The translations under genes were made by a program, and so were the position numbers. The notes under the pieces are model-generated. The model ran no database searches. It worked only from the letters and a program-made list of their open reading frames with translations, and was not told the DNA's origin. From a virus (taxonomy: Duplodnaviria; Caudoviricetes), in the IMG/VR virus record IMGVR_UViG_3300010885_029461, positions 2,991-66,990 of that record: DNA of 64,000 nucleotides; one strand, given 5' to 3'. This document shows positions 58,669 to 64,000 of the stretch, in pieces; the stretch's first letter is position 1, and each line of letters begins with the position of its first letter.

Positions 58669-61600
58669 ATGGCATCAAGTCTTAATACTATTTTAAATTC
58701 ACCAGGAGTCGCTATCAGAGAAATTGACGTATCTGGATCAACTGTCACTCGCGCAGGAACTAATGTTTTCTTTGCAGGTTTCACATCACAAGGTATTTCT
58801 GATGAACCCACATCAGTATCATCGGTAGCCGAATTTGAACAACTTTTTGGGTTGCCTCAAACATCCGCTGAAAAATATACATATAATGCAATTAGTCAAC
58901 TTCTAAACACTTCTGATGCATCCGTCCTCTTTACCCGTATGCCATATGGTTCCGGTGCAGGTCTTGGATACTCTGATTCTGTAAACACTCTTATTTTCCC
59001 TGTTATCGGGGTATCTGCTGTAGAGGTTAGCCCATGTGACTATTTCCGTTCCATCGACGAAGCTTCATGCCGTGTCAAATTCCCATGGTTATATAGTTCT
59101 TACTTTGTAAGTCCGTCTATCTGCTATGGTTCTGCCAATTTAAATTGCCCCCTCAATTCTTCCAACGAAGAAGCAGGGAAGCTATATATCCACGATCATC
59201 CAGTTCAATACAATTCGATCATTACTGGTTTCAAATTCGTAGTTGATAGCGATAGCGATCCTGAAGATTTAAAGATTTTCCAACTTCGTCCTACAGTTAA
59301 TGGATTGGATACTACCTATTCAGTTGTTACTGCTTTCTCTCTTGATTCTATCTATGTGTCTAAAGACGAAGATCAATCACATCTATCAAATGACGGTAAA
59401 CGTCTTATTGTTGATTTGACAGATGCTAGCTTTGCGAAAACTTATAATGTTAATTCTGGTTTACTTTCTGGTCAAACCTTGACTGGTTTATATGTGAGTG
59501 CAGGTGATGTTTTCGGTACATATTCTATTGCAAATAATCCTGTATTGAAATATTTCAATGCTAATTCGGATGTTGCAGGAACTTATAAAACAACTGTTTC
59601 TATCCTTTCTGCAATAACAACCGGAACAAATATTACGGTTGCTACATCTGCAAAAGATGCTACCACTCTTGATTTCTTAATCTCCTTCTGTGGTGTGCCT
59701 GTTGATGCAGGTTTGTCGTGCAGCACAATAACCGCATTAAATCTACAAGTTCCTGAAGCTGATAAGTATAACTTCTATCCTGTAGCAGGTGATGCACAGT
59801 TAAACGATGCAAACTTCTATGTTTTAGGTGAACCTATCAGTAAAACACTTAATTCAACTGAATATACCCTACTTCAAAATGAACAATTCAATTGGAAATG
59901 CGGTGCATATGAAAATGCATCCCCAAGCTTGGATATCATCAATAATGATGTTCGTGCAGGTATCGTGGTAGTAAATACTGCAAAAACAGCCCAACTTGAA
60001 GATTTTAGCGGATTCTATCTTGCCATAAATGACAATCTAAATGTAAATCCTTCTACTGATTTCAACTCCATCACAAGCGTTGCAGGTTACTATCAAGAAG
60101 TATGTCCCGGTGTATCTGGTAATTGGATTCATGTTCCATCCGAACGTTGGAATTTCCACACTAGTCAAACCTTTAATGGTGCGGCTGGATCAATTTCCGA
60201 AATAGTCGAAAACGGTGGCGGTATAGATTTCAGCAGCAAGAATTATAATGATTCTCTTACAGTAACTCTATTCAAACTACGTCCAACACAATTGACTGAA
60301 ACTATCAATAAACTTGATCAGATTAAAGTTGAACAGTTTACTGGTTCTCTCAATGCAGACAGAAAAGTGAATGATTCATACGGTGGTCCTCCTCGCTCAT
60401 ACTTCCTTGAAAAATCCGTTTCAAATAGCAATTATTTGAAAGTTATGATTAACCCATATCTCTCCAATAACAATTGCTGGGCAGATTCTAAAGGTGTTCC
60501 ACAGAAAACAGTTAGAATGTTCCGCGAACAAACCGGAGGGGTATTTGATAACTTCGATGCAGAGGCACAACTTGCTGCATACGGTGATAACCTATACGGT
60601 GTAGGTGCTTATAATGGCTATTGCAGAGATTCTCTCTATACTATGTGCCAGAAGAAAGATATAGGTAATCTTCCTGCTAAACTTGAAAGAGCTTTAGTGA
60701 ATGTTGAAAATCCTCTCCAATACCCAATTGATATCACAATTGATAACGGACTTTCTACTATATGGGCAACTCGCGCAAGTGTATCAAACGATAACTGTAT
60801 CACAAATACAAGTATCTGTTACAACTATGACGATTCTTATTTCGTAGACACCGATTCTCTATCACCTTATGATGGTACTTCGATGAACTCTCCTATCATT
60901 GATGCATGGACTACAATATATAATATCTTCGATTCCTTTGCTCGCTTTACTCGTAAAGCAAATGGTGGAGTAGGACACTTACATATTCAAGACCCTCTTC
61001 GTCAAATCTTCGTAAATGGTAAAGATTATAAAGTGGCTAACCGTCAAAAAGGTTTAATTCTTGAATCTTCTACTGGACAACCTACTGAAAAGTATGCATC
61101 ATTCAGCAGAAATATTTGGGCACCCCTTCGTAACCTTTTTGCAGGAACCGATTCCAACTATTCAGAAAGCCATGCTAACTGGATTAAAGGATATTCTATG
61201 AACACTGACTCTTATGCATGGTTCGGCCCTTCTGCCTATAAAGCAGCACTCTATGCACGAAACGATCAGAATCAATACCCATGGACTGCCGCATTAGGTG
61301 CTAAGAACGGAGCACTTGCAAATGTTGTAGATTTAGCTATCAATCCAAATCAACGTGAAATGGACTTGATCACTAAACTTGGAATTAACCCAATTCTTAA
61401 GTTCCCTAATACTGGTTATCTCGTATATAATACCTTGACTCTTCAAAAAGAACCAAGCGCATTACAAGAAAACTATATTCGTAGAGGTCTTCTATGGTTA
61501 GCTAATTCTCTACAAGATAACTTGTATGAGTTTATCGGACAACCTAACACCATCATTACTCGCACAAGAGTTAAGAATAAACTCAGTCCTATTCTTAACT

Positions 61601-61788
61601 TCATGAAAGATAATGCAGGTTTATATGGATATGATATCGTAGTTGATGAACGCAATAATACTGCGGAAAGTATCGACCAAGGATTAATGAGAGTAGCCGT
61701 GTATGTGCAACCAACACGCACTATCAAGATGATCATTGCAGACCTTGTAATCAACAGAACCGGAGTAACTCTTAACGAGATATTCTAA
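58669..61788 (+). CDS. gp18: contractile tail sheath protein with large insertion domains
   Basis: SPGVAIREIDVS, FEQLFGLP, GINPI, IRRGLLWL, FIGQPN, IVVDERNNT..IDQG, VYVQPTRT; TATAAATA at 58652. Confidence 0.93.
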   Translation: MASSLNTILNSPGVAIREIDVSGSTVTRAGTNVFFAGFTSQGISDEPTSVSSVAEFEQLFGLPQTSAEKYTYNAISQLLNTSDASVLFTRMPYGSGAGLGYSDSVNTLIFPVIGVSAVEVSPCDYFRSIDEASCRVKFPWLYSSYFVSPSICYGSANLNCPLNSSNEEAGKLYIHDHPVQYNSIITGFKFVVDSDSDPEDLKIFQLRPTVNGLDTTYSVVTAFSLDSIYVSKDEDQSHLSNDGKRLIVDLTDASFAKTYNVNSGLLSGQTLTGLYVSAGDVFGTYSIANNPVLKYFNANSDVAGTYKTTVSILSAITTGTNITVATSAKDATTLDFLISFCGVPVDAGLSCSTITALNLQVPEADKYNFYPVAGDAQLNDANFYVLGEPISKTLNSTEYTLLQNEQFNWKCGAYENASPSLDIINNDVRAGIVVVNTAKTAQLEDFSGFYLAINDNLNVNPSTDFNSITSVAGYYQEVCPGVSGNWIHVPSERWNFHTSQTFNGAAGSISEIVENGGGIDFSSKNYNDSLTVTLFKLRPTQLTETINKLDQIKVEQFTGSLNADRKVNDSYGGPPRSYFLEKSVSNSNYLKVMINPYLSNNNCWADSKGVPQKTVRMFREQTGGVFDNFDAEAQLAAYGDNLYGVGAYNGYCRDSLYTMCQKKDIGNLPAKLERALVNVENPLQYPIDITIDNGLSTIWATRASVSNDNCITNTSICYNYDDSYFVDTDSLSPYDGTSMNSPIIDAWTTIYNIFDSFARFTRKANGGVGHLHIQDPLRQIFVNGKDYKVANRQKGLILESSTGQPTEKYASFSRNIWAPLRNLFAGTDSNYSESHANWIKGYSMNTDSYAWFGPSAYKAALYARNDQNQYPWTAALGAKNGALANVVDLAINPNQREMDLITKLGINPILKFPNTGYLVYNTLTLQKEPSALQENYIRRGLLWLANSLQDNLYEFIGQPNTIITRTRVKNKLSPILNFMKDNAGLYGYDIVVDERNNTAESIDQGLMRVAVYVQPTRTIKMIIADLVINRTGVTLNEIF

Positions 61789-61798
61789 TAAATTAAAC

Positions 61799-61830
61799 AA
61801 AAAAGGCGGGGAGAAATCCCCGCCTTTTTT
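61799..61830. terminator. bidirectional intrinsic terminator
   Basis: AAAAAAGGCGGGGA-GAAA-TCCCCGCCTTTTTT. Confidence 0.92.
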
Positions 61831-61847
61831 ATTGTTATTTTTTATTA

Positions 61848-62111
61848 TTAATTATGAAAATATCTAGCAAAATGACTATTAACATTATCTTGTACTGCTT
61901 TGATGTCAGATATATACTGAGTGATTGCTTGTTGCAAAACCTCAGAATTTTCTAAACGCTTCAACTGATCCTGTACTTGTTGCAGACTAGTAAGAGAAGA
62001 TGATAATCCCCCATGAGCCTTTGCTATAAAACGTCCTATAATTTCTTCGGGTTTTGGAAGAGAGGTGTTCAATATTGATTCGTACAGATTTTCTAGTTGC
62101 GGAGATTCCAT
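61848..62111 (-). CDS. small helical protein, candidate internal head protein
   Basis: N-terminus MESPQLENLYESIL; own TAAATA. Confidence 0.6.
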   Translation of the reverse strand: MESPQLENLYESILNTSLPKPEEIIGRFIAKAHGGLSSSLTSLQQVQDQLKRLENSEVLQQAITQYISDIKAVQDNVNSHFARYFHN

Positions 62112-62159
62112 ACATAGTATTTACATTGATTTATTATTATAATAAATTAAATAGTACTT

Positions 62160-62693
62160 ATGATAGATGCATCTAATCAACCAGACTTAGACGATGTGCT
62201 TAATTCTCTAAGCACTGCCAAACAAGTAAACAATGAAGTTAAGGCAACACCAGTTGAAAATTTAACTGATGATGAGACATATAATTACTTGATGAATAAA
62301 TTACGTCAAACAATTGACTCAAATGCTGAAGTTATGGAACAGACTAAAGATTTAGTGAACCAAGTAGGGACATCTGAATATATTGAGGCGCATGCGGCTG
62401 TAGTAAAAAGCCAATCTGAATTAATTAAGAATATGGTTGGAGTTGTCATCGAAAAGAGAAAAATGGATCAGAATAAAGAACTTAAAACCCGTGATCTTGA
62501 TCTTAAGGAAAAGAGTATTAATAATAAAATGGTTACACCTGAGTTAACCAATGGTGCAGCTAATCCTCAGAATAACACATTCATTATTGCTACCAGAGAA
62601 TCTATTTTTAATAGTTTATTCGGATCAGATGAAGATAAGAAGAAAGCTGAACAGAAGATTAAAGAAGCAAACGGTATAGTTATAGACGTATAA
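62160..62693 (+). CDS. probable terminase small subunit (gp16-like)
   Basis: Helical core plus C-terminal QNNTFIIATRESIFNSL, resembling T4-like small terminases. Confidence 0.55.
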   Translation: MIDASNQPDLDDVLNSLSTAKQVNNEVKATPVENLTDDETYNYLMNKLRQTIDSNAEVMEQTKDLVNQVGTSEYIEAHAAVVKSQSELIKNMVGVVIEKRKMDQNKELKTRDLDLKEKSINNKMVTPELTNGAANPQNNTFIIATRESIFNSLFGSDEDKKKAEQKIKEANGIVIDV

Positions 62694-62709
62694 TAAATAT
62701 GTATATAAT

Positions 62710-63051
62710 ATGACATTTGATAAATTATACTCTCTATGTGAAAATAGAGAAAATATGAAAGGTAAATCCCTTAAGGACGCAGGCTATGCTTACAAATATA
62801 TCAGCATATTACGTGCTAAGTTAGAGTCGTTAGATTCTACATTTAAGAATATGGATTTCGTTACATTATCTCCTAAATTTGCATTAGAACATGCCCAACA
62901 TTTATTCGCAGTAGAGGAAGAACCTGCCATTATTATCAAAGCTATGGTTAGTGCGGATTCTGTTTTTGAAGCGCCTAATCCGGGTGAATATTTTTATGAT
63001 GGGCCTACTGTAATGGGGAAAATAGTAAAACGTATTGATTCGTTTGATTAA
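62710..63051 (+). CDS. small ADP-ribosyltransferase-fold-like protein
   Basis: ILRA...DFVTLSPKFALEHA...IIKAMVSA..V...GEYFY pattern; N-terminus MTFDKLYSLCE. Confidence 0.45.
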   Translation: MTFDKLYSLCENRENMKGKSLKDAGYAYKYISILRAKLESLDSTFKNMDFVTLSPKFALEHAQHLFAVEEEPAIIIKAMVSADSVFEAPNPGEYFYDGPTVMGKIVKRIDSFD

Positions 63052-63054
63052 TAA

Positions 63055-63083
63055 TTGACATGCCTATATGTATGTGGTAACAT
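63055..63083 (+). promoter_or_regulatory. sigma70-type promoter TTGACA-17-TAACAT
   Basis: Perfect -35, 17-nt spacer, ATG 6 nt downstream. Confidence 0.75.
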
Positions 63084-63089
63084 ATCCAC

Positions 63090-63644
63090 ATGAGATATTT
63101 TACAAGTGATTGGCACTTAAATGAAGACCGAATAGGCATTAACGGAAAGCCTAATCTCTTTTATAGACCATTCAATCAGATAGATGAACAGAATTCTGCA
63201 ATAATTACAGAATTAGTAGATTCTAAATTCGAAGATGGGGATGAACTAATACATTTAGGAGACGTAGTATATAAAACTGATAAGGAATCTACGGTGGCTC
63301 TAAAGTATATCAGGGACAAATATCCTAAATCAAAATTTACATTGATTTTAGGTAATTATGATGAAGATAAATTTGAATATCTTTCTATTTTCTTTGATGA
63401 AATATTGAAAGATAAAGTTATAAAAATACAAAATAGAGAATATTATCTCAATCATTATCCCGGTAATTGTTTAGATGTAGAGTTTGCAATAACAGGTCAT
63501 ATTCATGGACTTTGGAAGGTTCAGAAGAATATGATTAACGTTGGAGTTGATGCATGGCATTTTAGACCCGTTTCAGAAGATGAAATTGATTTTTGTAGAA
63601 CCGCATGTGAAAAACACTATGATAAACATGTTTTCCCTTATTAA
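63090..63644 (+). CDS. calcineurin-like metallophosphoesterase
   Basis: FTSDWH, HLGDV, LGNYD, LNHYP, GHIH, NVGVDAW. Confidence 0.9.
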   Translation: MRYFTSDWHLNEDRIGINGKPNLFYRPFNQIDEQNSAIITELVDSKFEDGDELIHLGDVVYKTDKESTVALKYIRDKYPKSKFTLILGNYDEDKFEYLSIFFDEILKDKVIKIQNREYYLNHYPGNCLDVEFAITGHIHGLWKVQKNMINVGVDAWHFRPVSEDEIDFCRTACEKHYDKHVFPY

Positions 63645-63647
63645 CTT

Positions 63648-63833
63648 ATGTGGCATATTATAATAGGAAGTTTATTCGGCATACTAGCATTAGGGATACC
63701 CATTTTATGGCTCATTTGTATCTCATACCCTACTCCGCGTCCACTACCAATGACATATGAAGAAGAGATTAAATGGTTAATCTCTTTAGGAATGACAGAA
63801 CAAGAAGCTAAAGAAATTATTGACACTTATTAA
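63648..63833 (+). CDS. small membrane protein
   Basis: N-terminal hydrophobic helix WHIIIGSLFGILALGIPILWLICI. Confidence 0.6.
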   Translation: MWHIIIGSLFGILALGIPILWLICISYPTPRPLPMTYEEEIKWLISLGMTEQEAKEIIDTY

Positions 63834-63836
63834 ATT

Positions 63837-64000
63837 ATGAATGTACTTAGATATGAAACTCCTGAAACAGAATTTGAACAATACCTTGATAAACCTATTG
63901 TTTTTCTTGCGGGACCAACTGTAAGAGGTAATCAAACCCACTTAACTTCATGGCGATTTGCTGCTATTGAAGAATTTGAACGTCAAGGATTTGATGGAAC
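63837..64000 (+). CDS. nucleoside 2-deoxyribosyltransferase-like protein (partial, runs off the window)
   Basis: MNVLRYETPETEFEQYLDKPIVFLAGPTVRGNQTHLTSWRFAAIEEFERQGFDG. Confidence 0.65.
   Translation, partial: MNVLRYETPETEFEQYLDKPIVFLAGPTVRGNQTHLTSWRFAAIEEFERQGFDG

Noticed and set aside
1225-63826. Numerous 60-150 aa ORFs overlapping or antisense to larger genes (e.g. 12591-13016, 35568-35933, 38273-38722, 50995-51393)
   Set aside because: They are nested in well-supported genes, with no recognisable motifs or initiation signals.
1-64000. CRISPR array, tRNA or rRNA genes
   Set aside because: Intergenic gaps are short. I saw no regularly spaced repeat-spacer pattern and no cloverleaf/T-loop signature. 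A covariance-model scan was not possible.
1-64000. Stop-codon reassignment, as in some large phages
   Set aside because: Core genes (gp43, gp41, gp17, gp18, gp46) are full length in the standard code, and TAA, TGA and TAG all end genes at sensible positions.

Overview
This AT-rich 64-kb window comes from a large T4-like (T4-superfamily) myophage genome in the standard genetic code. I found no rRNA, tRNA or CRISPR array. (i) 1-16.8 kb is a mosaic glycan-biosynthesis island: GT34, GT10, GT2-like and GT-B glycosyltransferases, GDP-fucose synthase, two SDR epimerases, a short nucleotide-sugar dehydrogenase, an HddA/GmhA/HAD-cytidylyltransferase heptose module, SAM methyltransferases and a DNA methyltransferase. 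It also holds one intact GMP reductase gene next to a LAGLIDADG homing endonuclease, plus three fragments of other guaC alleles. (ii) 17-34 kb is a replication/recombination block: a pol-beta-like nucleotidyltransferase, gp46, thioredoxin, gp43, UvsX, gp41, gp59-like, gp32 and gp45-like. (iii) 34-48 kb is a minus-strand lysis/baseplate/tail block: GH108 lysozyme, split gp5, gp27/53/48/26-like genes and a tape measure protein. (iv) 48-64 kb carries primase, gp62-like, GroES, terminase subunits, tail tube/sheath and several small stand-alone genes sharing an N-terminal motif resembling a capsid-targeting sequence. The most notable observations are the guaC-anchored cassette exchange around a homing endonuclease, apparently leaderless (Shine-Dalgarno-free) transcription units from both sigma70-type and TAAATA promoters with minigene translational bridges, an A12-frameshifted glycosyltransferase, a 39-bp promoter/start duplication flanking an inserted gene, and a candidate family of packaged internal head proteins including an ART-like one. 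All product calls come from motif recognition by eye; no database searches were run.
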